Of a stretch of DNA of 64,000 bases, positions 9,619 to 18,785 are shown one piece after another (the first letter of the stretch is position 1; every line of letters begins with the position of its first letter). This stretch comes from Flavobacteriales bacterium. GTDB taxonomy: Bacteria; Bacteroidota; Bacteroidia; Flavobacteriales_F; PHOS-HE28. The DNA is taken from contig JAHDVX010000011.1 of NCBI GenBank assembly GCA_023382455.1, positions 6,709 through 70,708 on the forward strand, read 5' to 3'. Under the pieces are notes generated by a model, which saw only the letters and a list, made by a program, of their open reading frames with translations, ran no database searches and had not been told where the DNA came from. Position numbers and translations under genes: made by a program.

Positions 9619-10577
9619 TGGCCATCCCCTGGAAGCGCGTCCTGCTGTTCATCGGCACCACGGTGGCCCTGTACCTGCTGGCCGTTTGGGCCATGTGCCA
9701 CGTCCGCTTCCAAGGCCGCCCGCTGATCTACCGCACCGGAGACTACTACAACTGGCCGGGCGGGGAGAGTTGGGCATCGTTCCATGCGTTTGACCCCGAT
9801 GCACGGGGCCAAGTGGTCATCATCGGTTCTTCCCATGCCTACCGGGGCTACGACCCGTTCGTGTTCACCGCACGGGGCCATGCGGCATACAACCTCGGAT
9901 CCAGTGCGCAAACGCCGCTGAACACTTTCTACCTGATCAAGGAGTTCCTGGACAGCACGAATTGCCGCCTGCTGGTCCTGGACATCTATGAGGGCGTGAT
10001 GCTGAATGACGGGCTGGAGAGCACCTCCGACCTCACGCAGAACCAGCCCAGCGATGCCGCAGCCCTGGGCATGGCATGGTCCATGCGCGACCTGCGCGCC
10101 CTGAACATGATGGCCTTGCGCATGCTTTCGGACCGCAGTGAACCCTTCTACAGCAACCCGAGCTATGCGGGGCTGGGCTTCTGCCGGCACCCGGACAGCG
10201 TGGGCACCGAGGCACCCGCCCCGAAGGTCGATCAGCGTCCGTTCATCGCTCGCCAGCCCCAGTTCTTCGCGGAGTGCATCCGCCTGTGCCGCGAGCGGGG
10301 CATCCCCGTGGTGGTGGCCAGCCACTACGCCCGGCGCAACCGGCGGGGCATCGCGCACACCAAGCTGACCCAGCTGGTGGACAGTACGCTGCAGGGCACG
10401 GGCATCCCCTACTTGGATTTCACCGAGATGCCGGGCATCGACGACCGCAACTGGTTCGCTGACCACAACCACCTGAACGCCGCCGGTGCCCGCATCTTCA
10501 CGGAGCAGCTGGTGGATACGCTGGAGAGCCTGGGCTACCTGCCGCGGCTGAGGGGCACACCGGCTTCCGCTCCGTGA
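9618..10577 (+). CDS. membrane-anchored partner of the MBOAT (AlgJ/AlgX/DltD-like role inferred)
   Basis: Translationally coupled (TGATG overlap) to the MBOAT gene. It has one N-terminal TM helix and a GSSHAYRG motif reminiscent of SGNH-type acyl-transfer partners. The function is inferred from position. Confidence 0.45.
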   Translation: MAIPWKRVLLFIGTTVALYLLAVWAMCHVRFQGRPLIYRTGDYYNWPGGESWASFHAFDPDARGQVVIIGSSHAYRGYDPFVFTARGHAAYNLGSSAQTPLNTFYLIKEFLDSTNCRLLVLDIYEGVMLNDGLESTSDLTQNQPSDAAALGMAWSMRDLRALNMMALRMLSDRSEPFYSNPSYAGLGFCRHPDSVGTEAPAPKVDQRPFIARQPQFFAECIRLCRERGIPVVVASHYARRNRRGIAHTKLTQLVDSTLQGTGIPYLDFTEMPGIDDRNWFADHNHLNAAGARIFTEQLVDTLESLGYLPRLRGTPASAP

Positions 10578-10584
10578 AACCGGT

Positions 10585-11361
10585 TCATAGTGAAGACACA
10601 ATCTGGCTACCGGCCCCGGTGGTGGTGAATAGCTCTTCGCGCAGGGCGAAGGCATTGAGCTTGCCGGCCATGATCTGGTCCCCCAGGAAGGCATCGGGCG
10701 GTGCGCTGATGCGGCCCGGGAAGCCCAGCAGTTTTTCCGCCCCCCTGCGGGAAACGGCATAGGCGTGCGTGCCCTGGTGGTAGCCCGCGCGGTGCAGGTG
10801 CGCCGAGAAGGGGCGCTGGTACAGGCGGCCATACTCGGCCAATGAAAACCGATACTTGCCGGGAAAGAGGAGCCGGGCCAACGGCAGGAATAAGCAGCGC
10901 TTGAGCCCATGGCCGATGGGCGGCAGCCGCTGGCCGCGCACACCGAGGTACAGCAGATCCCAGTCGGCAGGCAGCTCCTGCACAGCCAGCACCGCCGTGG
11001 CCGGGTGGAATCCGGGGACGGGCATGGCATCATCCTCGAGGATGATCGCGGAAGGGTGCTGCCCGCGGCGCACTTCCTGCCAGGCCCGCCGGTGCGAGAG
11101 GAAGCAACCGATCATGGAGGCATGCAGGCGCCGGGAGCCGGTGCGGTGGTGAAGCGCGGCCTGCTCGTCGTAGCAGGCGGCCAGCTCTTCCGGGCCGAGG
11201 TCGGCGCCCATGGTGGCGTCGAGGAAGGTGAACGGCAGGCCTGCGGCGTGGAGGTCGGCGACTATGCGTTGCTTCCGCGGATGGGGCCCCGCCTTGCTGA
11301 TCACCAGGGCGCTGCCCAGGCACGCGGCCAGCGGCTGAAGGGAAGGCTCGGGGCTCGGCAT
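10585..11361 (-). CDS. glycosyltransferase family 25
   Basis: GT25 pattern (IGCFLSHRRAWQ, AIILEDDA, DWDLLYLG). The start is set at ATG 11361 because a perfect TAGCTTTG box (11377-11384) lies inside the longer ORF extension to 11445. Confidence 0.7.
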   Translation of the reverse strand: MPSPEPSLQPLAACLGSALVISKAGPHPRKQRIVADLHAAGLPFTFLDATMGADLGPEELAACYDEQAALHHRTGSRRLHASMIGCFLSHRRAWQEVRRGQHPSAIILEDDAMPVPGFHPATAVLAVQELPADWDLLYLGVRGQRLPPIGHGLKRCLFLPLARLLFPGKYRFSLAEYGRLYQRPFSAHLHRAGYHQGTHAYAVSRRGAEKLLGFPGRISAPPDAFLGDQIMAGKLNAFALREELFTTTGAGSQIVSSL

Positions 11362-11376
11362 CGGCGGGTTGCCGGG

Positions 11377-11384
11377 CAAAGCTA
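11377..11384 (-). promoter_or_regulatory. promoter box TAGCTTTG (GT25 gene)
   Basis: Perfect TAnnTTTG, 15 nt upstream of ATG 11361. Confidence 0.5.
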
Positions 11385-11449
11385 GCGGCTGGCCCCGTGG
11401 GCTTCTGATCATGGGCATGCGAAGGCTTCGCGCGGCATGCGCCACTCGT

Positions 11450-11457
11450 TACCTTCG
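11450..11457 (+). promoter_or_regulatory. promoter box TACCTTCG (glyA)
   Basis: TACCTTCGCC, 14 nt upstream of the glyA ATG. Confidence 0.45.
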
Positions 11458-11471
11458 CCTCCTATCCATCC

Positions 11472-12782
11472 ATGCCCATGCAACCCACACAAGCCCTTGA
11501 ATCCACCCTGGCACGCGACTCGGCCATCTTCGACATCATCGAACAGGAACGCTGGCGCCAGACCAAGGGCCTGGAGATGATCGCCAGCGAGAACTACGTG
11601 AGCACCCAGGTGATGGAGGCCATGGGCAGCGTGCTGACGAACAAGTATGCCGAAGGCCTGCCCGGCAAGCGCTACTACGGCGGCTGCGAGTTCGTGGACA
11701 TGGCGGAGAACCTGGCCATCGACCGCGCCAAGAAGCTCTTCGGCGCGGCCTGGGCCAATGTGCAGCCGCACAGCGGCGCGCAGGCCAACGCGGCGGTGAT
11801 GCTGGCCTGCCTGAAGCCGGGCGACACCATCCTGGGCTTCGACCTCAGCCATGGGGGCCACCTCACGCACGGTTCCCCGGTGAACTTCAGCGGCCGCCTG
11901 TACCACGCCACCTTCTACGGCGTGGAAAAGGAGACCGGCCGCGTGGACATGGACAAGGTGGCCGAGCGGGCGCGCGAGGTGAAGCCCAAGCTGATCATCT
12001 GCGGGGCCAGCGCCTACAGCCGCGATTGGGACTATGCCCGCTTCCGCGCCATCGCCGATGAGGTGGGCGCCCTGCTGCTCGGCGACGTTTCCCACCCCTC
12101 CGGCCTCATCGCCGCCAAGCTGCTGAACGACCCGCTGCCGCACTGCCACATCGTGACCACCACCACCCACAAGACCTTGCGCGGCCCCCGCGGCGGCATG
12201 ATCATGATGGGCAAGGATTTCGAGAACCCATGGGGGCAGAAGACGCCCAAGGGCCAGCCGCGCATGATGAGCGCCATCCTGGACAGCGCCGTGTTCCCCG
12301 GCACGCAGGGCGGCCCCCTGGAGCATGTGATCGCCGCCAAGGCCGTGGCCTTCGGCGAGGCGCTCGACCCCTCCTTCGCCGCCTACGGCAAGCGCGTGAA
12401 GGCCAATGCGGCCGCCATGGCCAAGGCCTTCCTGGCCAAAGGCTACAACGTGGTGAGCGGCGGCACGGACAACCATTGCATGCTCATCGACCTGCGCAAC
12501 AAGGGCATCACCGGCAAGGAGGCCGAGGCCGCCCTGGGCGCCGTGGACATCACCGTGAACAAGAACATGGTGCCCTTCGACACCGAGAGCCCCTTCACCA
12601 CCAGCGGCATCCGCATCGGCACCCCGGCGGTCACCACACGGGGCCTTACCGAGGCCGATTGCGCGCAGGCCGTGGAAATGATCGACAGCGCCCTGATGGA
12701 GCGCAACAACAAGGCCCAGGTGGACCGCATCCGCTTCCAGGTGAACAGCATGATGCGCGTTCGCCCCTTGTTTGCCTGGTGA
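11472..12782 (+). CDS. glyA: serine hydroxymethyltransferase
   Basis: Full-length match to the SHMT pattern: [52 protein letters not shown]. Confidence 0.95.
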   Translation: MPMQPTQALESTLARDSAIFDIIEQERWRQTKGLEMIASENYVSTQVMEAMGSVLTNKYAEGLPGKRYYGGCEFVDMAENLAIDRAKKLFGAAWANVQPHSGAQANAAVMLACLKPGDTILGFDLSHGGHLTHGSPVNFSGRLYHATFYGVEKETGRVDMDKVAERAREVKPKLIICGASAYSRDWDYARFRAIADEVGALLLGDVSHPSGLIAAKLLNDPLPHCHIVTTTTHKTLRGPRGGMIMMGKDFENPWGQKTPKGQPRMMSAILDSAVFPGTQGGPLEHVIAAKAVAFGEALDPSFAAYGKRVKANAAAMAKAFLAKGYNVVSGGTDNHCMLIDLRNKGITGKEAEAALGAVDITVNKNMVPFDTESPFTTSGIRIGTPAVTTRGLTEADCAQAVEMIDSALMERNNKAQVDRIRFQVNSMMRVRPLFAW

Positions 12783-12793
12783 ACGGTGCCGGC

Positions 12794-13720
12794 ATGAAAT
12801 ACGATCTCGGGGCCTTGGCGGCCCGCATCGGGAACATGGCCTTCCGCCGAACCGGCACAGGTCGGCGTTGCACGGCCTGCCTGGCCCCCTGGGCCTGGCT
12901 GCTGTTGGTGGCCGGCCTTCTTCCGGCAGCCCCGGCCTTGGCGCAGCAGGCCCCGCGACTGGCGCATCGCGCATTCATCTACTGGGGCTACAACCGGGCG
13001 CAGTACACCGCCAGCGACATCCGCTTCACCGGCAGCGGCTACGACTTCACCCTGCACGACGTGCGGGCCAGCGACAAGCCCGAGGGCTTCTCGGTGAACA
13101 ACTACTTCAACCCGCGGAACATCTGGATCCCCCAGTACAACTACCGCGCGGGCTGGTTCCTCGATCAGCACTGGAGCCTTTCCCTGGGCCTGGACCACAT
13201 GAAGTACGTGGTGGACCGCGGCCAGCGCGTCCTTCGCACGGGATACATCAACGCCGGGCGTTGGCCAGGCCAGGCCGCGGACAACGGGGAAGGTGAACTC
13301 CAACTGGAACCCGAGGTCCTGAGCTACGAACACACCGACGGCCTGAACCTCCTGAGCGTGGACGCCGACCACTACAGCCTGCTCTGGGCCAGCGGGACCG
13401 GACGCCACGGGTGCTGGTTCACCCAAGGGCTGTTCGCCGGTGCCATGATCCCCCGCACCGACGTGCGCCTGTTCGGCGAGGGCCTGAACAACAAGTTCCA
13501 CCTGGCCGGCTACGGCGTGGGCGCGCAACTGGGGCTGTTCGCGGTGCTGCACGAGCGCGTCTTCGCCCGCGCGGCCGTCCGCGCCGGGTTCGTGGACCTG
13601 CCGGGCGTGCTCACCACCGGCAAGTCGGAGGACCGCGCCAGCCAGCACTTCTGGTTCGTGGAAGAGAACGTGGTGCTCGGGGTGCTCATCGGGCGCGGGA
13701 AGGAGCCGGCCACGCCATAG
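12794..13720 (+). CDS. hypothetical secreted / outer-membrane protein
   Basis: ATG at 12794 (in frame within the 12230 shadow ORF) and signal-like segment WAWLLLVAGLLPAAPALAQQ. The composition is aromatic-rich and beta-strand-like. No family was recognised. Confidence 0.5.
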   Translation: MKYDLGALAARIGNMAFRRTGTGRRCTACLAPWAWLLLVAGLLPAAPALAQQAPRLAHRAFIYWGYNRAQYTASDIRFTGSGYDFTLHDVRASDKPEGFSVNNYFNPRNIWIPQYNYRAGWFLDQHWSLSLGLDHMKYVVDRGQRVLRTGYINAGRWPGQAADNGEGELQLEPEVLSYEHTDGLNLLSVDADHYSLLWASGTGRHGCWFTQGLFAGAMIPRTDVRLFGEGLNNKFHLAGYGVGAQLGLFAVLHERVFARAAVRAGFVDLPGVLTTGKSEDRASQHFWFVEENVVLGVLIGRGKEPATP

Positions 13721-13759
13721 ATCCGGACCGCTAGGCACCTGCCCTTTCCGCAGGTTGCC

Positions 13760-13767
13760 GACATTTG
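13760..13767 (+). promoter_or_regulatory. promoter-like box GACATTTG, 4 nt before the fahA ATG
   Basis: One mismatch to TAnnTTTG. The spacing is identical to the spoT, GGGPS, TPR and histidine-kinase cases. Confidence 0.35.
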
Positions 13768-13771
13768 CGCC

Positions 13772-15055
13772 ATGAGCAGCGCCATCGACCCCGCGAAGCT
13801 GCGGGCCCTGAAGTCCTGGGTGGACGTTCCCGCCGGCAGCGACTTCCCGATCCAGAACATCCCCTTCGGCATCTTCAGCGCCAACGGCCGCGCACCGCGC
13901 CCTTGCACGCGCATCGGCGACACGGTGGTGGACCTGCACGTGCTTTGCGAAGCCGGCCTGCTGACCGGAACGGACATCGCCTCCGAGGCCTTCCAGTCCG
14001 AGACCCTCAATGCGTTGATCAAGCATGGCAAGCCTGCGGTGCGCCGCCTGCGCGAACGGCTGATGGACCTGCTCAGCACGGGCAACACCGGGATGCAGGA
14101 TCAGGCCGGGCTGGTTGGCCGTGCATTGATCCCCGTGCAGGACGCCACCCTGCACCTGCCGGTGGAAGTGGGCGACTACACCGATTTCTACAGCAGCCGC
14201 GAGCACGCCACCAACGTGGGCATCATGTTCCGCGGCCCCGAGAACGCACTGATGCCGAACTGGCTGCACCTGCCCGTGGGCTACCATGGGCGCGCCTCGT
14301 CCATCGTGGCGAGCGGCACCGCCATCCGCCGCCCCATGGGCCAGATGCGTCCCGATCCGCAGCAGCCGCCGGTGTTCGGGCCCAGCAAGCAGCTGGACAT
14401 CGAGCTGGAGACCGCCTTCATCACCTTCGAGGGCAAGCCCCTGGGCGAGCGCATCACCACGGCCGAGGCCGAGGACCGCATCTTCGGCATGGTGCTCTTC
14501 AACGACTGGAGCGCACGCGACATCCAGAGCTGGGAATACGTGCCGCTGGGGCCCTTCCTGGGCAAGAACTTCGGCAGCAGCATGAGCCCGTGGGTGGTCA
14601 CCCTGGAAGCCTTGGAACCCTTGCGCATCGCGGGCCCCGCCCAGGATCCCGAACCCCTGCCCTACCTGCGCACCCAGGGCATGCACAGCTTCGACATCGC
14701 GCTGGAGGCCGCCCTGATCCCGGACAACGGCACCGAGAACGTGATCTGCCGGACCAACTTCAAGCACCTCTACTGGACCATGCCGCAGCAACTGGCGCAC
14801 CACACGGTGAACGGCTGCAACGTGCGGGCCGGCGACGTGATGGCCAGCGGCACCATCAGCGGCAGCAGCCCGGACAGCTTCGGCAGCCTGCTGGAGCTGA
14901 CCTGGCGCGGCACCAAGCCGTTGAAGTTGGCCGATGGCACCGAACGCAAATTCCTGCACGATGGTGATACGGTGGTGATCCGCGGCCACGGCCAACGCGA
15001 TGGCCTGCGCATCGGCTTCGGCGAGGTGCGCGGAAAGATCCTGCCGGCGGGTTGA
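13772..15055 (+). CDS. fahA: fumarylacetoacetase
   Basis: N-terminal FAH domain (SDFPIQNIPFGIF) and C-terminal FAA-hydrolase motifs (MVLFNDWSARDIQ, PLGPFLGKNF, SGTISG). Confidence 0.9.
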   Translation: MSSAIDPAKLRALKSWVDVPAGSDFPIQNIPFGIFSANGRAPRPCTRIGDTVVDLHVLCEAGLLTGTDIASEAFQSETLNALIKHGKPAVRRLRERLMDLLSTGNTGMQDQAGLVGRALIPVQDATLHLPVEVGDYTDFYSSREHATNVGIMFRGPENALMPNWLHLPVGYHGRASSIVASGTAIRRPMGQMRPDPQQPPVFGPSKQLDIELETAFITFEGKPLGERITTAEAEDRIFGMVLFNDWSARDIQSWEYVPLGPFLGKNFGSSMSPWVVTLEALEPLRIAGPAQDPEPLPYLRTQGMHSFDIALEAALIPDNGTENVICRTNFKHLYWTMPQQLAHHTVNGCNVRAGDVMASGTISGSSPDSFGSLLELTWRGTKPLKLADGTERKFLHDGDTVVIRGHGQRDGLRIGFGEVRGKILPAG

Positions 15056-15170
15056 CTTCCCGTTTTGGATCGGCAGGTGGGGCTTGCTGTTCCGTGATCT
15101 GCCATCACTTGGCACCGCCCCTGCCGCCGAAGCCTTGGCGAAGGCGGCTTCCTCCATCGCCCCGCATCCG

Positions 15171-15178
15171 TAATTTTG
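15171..15178 (+). promoter_or_regulatory. promoter box TAATTTTG, 4 nt before the spoT ATG
   Basis: Perfect TAnnTTTG: TAATTTTG-GGAA-ATG. Confidence 0.5.
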
Positions 15179-15182
15179 GGAA

Positions 15183-17408
15183 ATGTCCAGCACCGCGCCA
15201 AACACGCCCGTTTACGACCTTGAAGAGGAGAAAGAACAGATCCTTCGTCGTTACCGCAGCTTGCTGCGTGCCGTGCGGGGCGAGCGCTCCACGGAGCACA
15301 CCCGGCTGATCCGCAATGCCTTCAACATCGCCTTGGAGGCGCACAAGGACCAACGGCGCAAGAGCGGTGAGCCGTACATCTACCATCCGATCGCCGTGGC
15401 CCGGATCTGTGCCGAGGAGATCGGCCTGGGCGTCACCAGCATCGTGGCGGCGCTGCTGCACGATACGGTGGAGGACACCGACCTCACCCTGGAGGATGTT
15501 CGCGACCTCTTCGGCGACACGGTGGCCACCATCATCGACGGGCTCACCAAGATCAGCGGGGTGAACTGGCAGACGGACAGCATGCAGGCGGAGAACTTCC
15601 GCAAGATCCTGCTGACGCTCGCCCAGGACGTACGCGTGATCCTGATCAAGCTGGCCGACCGCCTGCACAACATGCGCACGCTGGAAAGCATGTCGCGGGA
15701 CAAGCAGCTGAAGATCGCCAGCGAGACGCTCTTCCTCTACGCACCCTTGGCGCACCGCTTGGGCCTGTACAGCATCAAGAGCGAGCTGGAGGACCTTTCC
15801 CTGCGGGCCAAGGAACCCCAGGTGTACCACGAGATCGAGGCCAAGCTGAAGAAGGGCGAATCCGTGCGCAAGCGCTTCATCAGCCGCTTCATCCTCCCCA
15901 TCCGCCAGGCCTTGGAGAAGGAAAACTTCGACTTCGAGATCAAGGGGCGGCCCAAGAGCATCTACAGCATCTGGCAGAAGATGCAGACCAAGCACGTCAC
16001 CTTCGAGGAGGTGTACGACCTGTTCGCCATCCGGATCATCGTGGACAGCAAGCCCGAGCTGGAGAAGGCGGACTGCTGGAAGGTCTACTCCATCGTCACG
16101 GATTTCTACCAGCCCAGCCCGGACCGCCTGCGCGACTGGATCAGCATGCCCAAGGCCAACGGCTATGAAAGCCTGCACACCACCGTGATGAGCCCCGGCG
16201 GCAAATGGGTGGAGGTGCAGATCCGCAGCCGCCGCATGGACCAGGTGGCCGAAATGGGCCTGGCCGCCCACTACCGCTACAAAGGCGAGGAGGAACACGT
16301 GCATGCCATGGAGGGCATGCTGAACAAGATCCGTGAAATGCTCTCCGAGCCCGGCTCCAACGCCCTGGATTTCGTGCATGATTTCAAGTTGAACCTATTC
16401 AACGACGTGATCATGGTCTTCACCCCCAAGGGCGAGGTGAGGAACCTTCCCGTGGGGGCCACAGCGTTGGATTTCGCCTTCGACATCCACAGCCAGATCG
16501 GCCGCCATTGCATCGGCGCCAAGGTGAACCACAAGTTGGTGCCCATGAGCCAGGTACTGCGCAACGGCGACCAGGTGGAAGTGATCACCAGCCGGAAACA
16601 ACAGCCCAAGGAGGAATGGCTCAACTGGGTGGTGACCGCCAGTGCGCGGCACAAGATCAAGCAGGCCATGCGCGACCAAAAGCGCAAACTGGCCACCGTG
16701 GGCCGCGAGGTCGTGCAACGCAAGCTGCGTGCCTGGGGGGCCAAGGTGAACGAGGAGAACACCGCCGTACTGATGGACCATTTCCTGGCCTCCTCCCCCA
16801 CGGACCTCTACTGGAAGGTGGCCCGCGAACGGCACAATCTCGAGACCATGCCGCCACCCCCGGTGAAGAATGGCCGCCTGCTGCTGCCCAAGGGTACGAG
16901 GACCGCCGAGGAACGGCCGTTGGAGGAGATCGTGGCGGAGATCCGCGGCACCAAGGGCGGCACCTTCACCATCGGCGACGAGCTGCAGAACATGGACTAC
17001 AAGCTCTCGCCCTGCTGCCATCCCATTCCCGGCGATGACGTGTTCGGCTTCATCACGCCCAACGACGGCATCCGCATCCACCGTGTGAACTGCCCCAACG
17101 CGGTGCAGCTGATGAGCAACTTCGCCATGCGCATCGTGAAGGCCCGTTGGAAAGGCAAGGACAGCGTGGAATTCCTGGCGGGCATCCAGTTCAGCGGCAT
17201 CGACGCGGTAGGCCTGGTGAACCGGATCACCACCATCATCAGCCACGAGAACAACGTGAACATGCGCAGCATCAGCTTCGAGAGCAAGGACGGCATCTTC
17301 GAGGGAAAAGTGATGGCTTACGTGCACGATGCCGAGCACCTGCACTCCTTGGTGGAAAAGCTCCGCGGCGTGCCGGAGGTGAAGCGCGTGGAGCGCATCG
17401 ACCACTGA
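15183..17408 (+). CDS. spoT: bifunctional (p)ppGpp synthetase/hydrolase, RelA/SpoT family
   Basis: HD hydrolase motifs (HPIAVA, LLHDTVEDT), RelA_SpoT synthetase core (YSIWQKM, DLFAIRIIV, YESLHTTV), and TGS and ACT regions. Confidence 0.95.
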   Translation: MSSTAPNTPVYDLEEEKEQILRRYRSLLRAVRGERSTEHTRLIRNAFNIALEAHKDQRRKSGEPYIYHPIAVARICAEEIGLGVTSIVAALLHDTVEDTDLTLEDVRDLFGDTVATIIDGLTKISGVNWQTDSMQAENFRKILLTLAQDVRVILIKLADRLHNMRTLESMSRDKQLKIASETLFLYAPLAHRLGLYSIKSELEDLSLRAKEPQVYHEIEAKLKKGESVRKRFISRFILPIRQALEKENFDFEIKGRPKSIYSIWQKMQTKHVTFEEVYDLFAIRIIVDSKPELEKADCWKVYSIVTDFYQPSPDRLRDWISMPKANGYESLHTTVMSPGGKWVEVQIRSRRMDQVAEMGLAAHYRYKGEEEHVHAMEGMLNKIREMLSEPGSNALDFVHDFKLNLFNDVIMVFTPKGEVRNLPVGATALDFAFDIHSQIGRHCIGAKVNHKLVPMSQVLRNGDQVEVITSRKQQPKEEWLNWVVTASARHKIKQAMRDQKRKLATVGREVVQRKLRAWGAKVNEENTAVLMDHFLASSPTDLYWKVARERHNLETMPPPPVKNGRLLLPKGTRTAEERPLEEIVAEIRGTKGGTFTIGDELQNMDYKLSPCCHPIPGDDVFGFITPNDGIRIHRVNCPNAVQLMSNFAMRIVKARWKGKDSVEFLAGIQFSGIDAVGLVNRITTIISHENNVNMRSISFESKDGIFEGKVMAYVHDAEHLHSLVEKLRGVPEVKRVERIDH

Positions 17409-17432
17409 CGCCCCGGCCGGTGCGGCCCGAGC

Positions 17433-18011
17433 TCAAGCCTCGCCAATGGGCCGCCGGTCCCGCAGGCGGTTCCACCTCACCAGACCGACCACCGAAAGCA
17501 CCAGGTAAACGGCATTGAGCAGCGCATAGCCCTGGTAGCCGATCTGCCAATTGAGCCAGATGCCGGCAGTGTCCGCCACGATGAACCAGCACCAGCTCGC
17601 CAGGAACTTGCGCGCCATCATCCACGTGGCCACCAGACTGAACACCGTGACGAAGGCATCCAGCTGCGGAAAGTGGCCGTCCAGGTATTGGCCCAGCAGG
17701 GCGGCCAGCAGCCAGCTGGTGGCCAGCGCGGCGGCGGCCAGCACGGCATGGGATCCCCAGTGCTGCGTGCGTACGGTACCATCCTCCCCTGCACGCCCCC
17801 ACCTCCACCAGCCGTAGACGGCCATGGCCACGTAATAGCCGTTCAGCACGGCCATGGCCCACGTGTGGGCCTGCATATAAAGGCCCACGCCGATGGTGCT
17901 GGCCACCAGGCCAAGCAGCCACCCGATGCGCCGGTTGTAGGCGATCAGCAGGGTAAAGGCGATGTTGAGCACCACCGACGTCCACTCCAGCATGGTCAAG
18001 GTGTCGGTCAT
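17433..18011 (-). CDS. pnuC: nicotinamide riboside transporter PnuC family
   Basis: Small multi-pass protein with the PnuC pattern (LNIAFTLLIAYNRRIGW, GYYVAMAVYGWWRW). It lies downstream of lptB on the same strand. Confidence 0.75.
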   Translation of the reverse strand: MTDTLTMLEWTSVVLNIAFTLLIAYNRRIGWLLGLVASTIGVGLYMQAHTWAMAVLNGYYVAMAVYGWWRWGRAGEDGTVRTQHWGSHAVLAAAALATSWLLAALLGQYLDGHFPQLDAFVTVFSLVATWMMARKFLASWCWFIVADTAGIWLNWQIGYQGYALLNAVYLVLSVVGLVRWNRLRDRRPIGEA

Positions 18012-18047
18012 TTGGCGTATGCCATGGCGGTGCCTGCGGCAGCCCGT

Positions 18048-18785
18048 TCACTTGGGCGCATTGCGCCGCAGCACGAAGTTCCGGCCCAGGTACACCTTGC
18101 GTACCTGCTCATCGGCGGCCAGTTCCTCGGCGGTGCCCTGCTTCAGGATCCGGCCCTCGAAGAGCAGGTAGGCCCGGTCGGTGATGCTCAGGGTCTCCTG
18201 CACATTGTGGTCGGTGATCAGCACGCCGATGTTGCGGTCCTTCAGGTGCGAGACAATTCCTTGGATATCCTCCACGGCAATGGGGTCCACCCCGGCGAAG
18301 GGCTCGTCCAGCAGGATGAACTTCGGCTCGGTGGCCAGGCTGCGGGCGATCTCCGTGCGGCGCCGCTCCCCGCCGCTGAGCACGTCGCCCATATTCTTGC
18401 GCACATGGCCGAGGCTGAACTCATCCAGCAGCGACTCCAGCTTGCGTTCCCGCTCCGCCTTGGTGAGCTTGGTCATCTCCAGGATGGCCCGGATGTTGTC
18501 CTCCACGCTGAGCTTGCGGAACACGCTGGCCTCCTGCGGCAGGTAGCCGATGCCGAGCTGGGCCCGCTTGTACATGGGCAGGTCGGTGATGTCGGCATCA
18601 TCCAGCAACACCCGCCCTTCGTTGGGCTTCACCAGCCCGGTGATCATGTAGAAACTGGTGGTCTTGCCCGCGCCATTGGGCCCGAGCAGCCCCACGATCT
18701 CGCCCTGGTGCACCTCCACGCTCACGCCGGCCACCACGGTGCGGCGCTTGTAGCGTTTCACGATGTGGTCGGCGCGCAGGATCAT
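18048..18785 (-). CDS. lptB: LPS export ABC transporter ATP-binding protein
   Basis: Walker [10 protein letters not shown], signature LSGGERRR, Walker [13 protein letters not shown], and a typical LptB length of 245 aa. Confidence 0.9.
   Translation of the reverse strand: MILRADHIVKRYKRRTVVAGVSVEVHQGEIVGLLGPNGAGKTTSFYMITGLVKPNEGRVLLDDADITDLPMYKRAQLGIGYLPQEASVFRKLSVEDNIRAILEMTKLTKAERERKLESLLDEFSLGHVRKNMGDVLSGGERRRTEIARSLATEPKFILLDEPFAGVDPIAVEDIQGIVSHLKDRNIGVLITDHNVQETLSITDRAYLLFEGRILKQGTAEELAADEQVRKVYLGRNFVLRRNAPK

Noticed and set aside
17433-18047. The PnuC homologue as the riboswitch-controlled inner-membrane thiamine transporter (PnuT) partnering the TonB-dependent receptor.
   Set aside because: Only 36 nt separate it from lptB, leaving no room for a TPP aptamer, and no THI-box is seen. 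The idea cannot be supported from this sequence.
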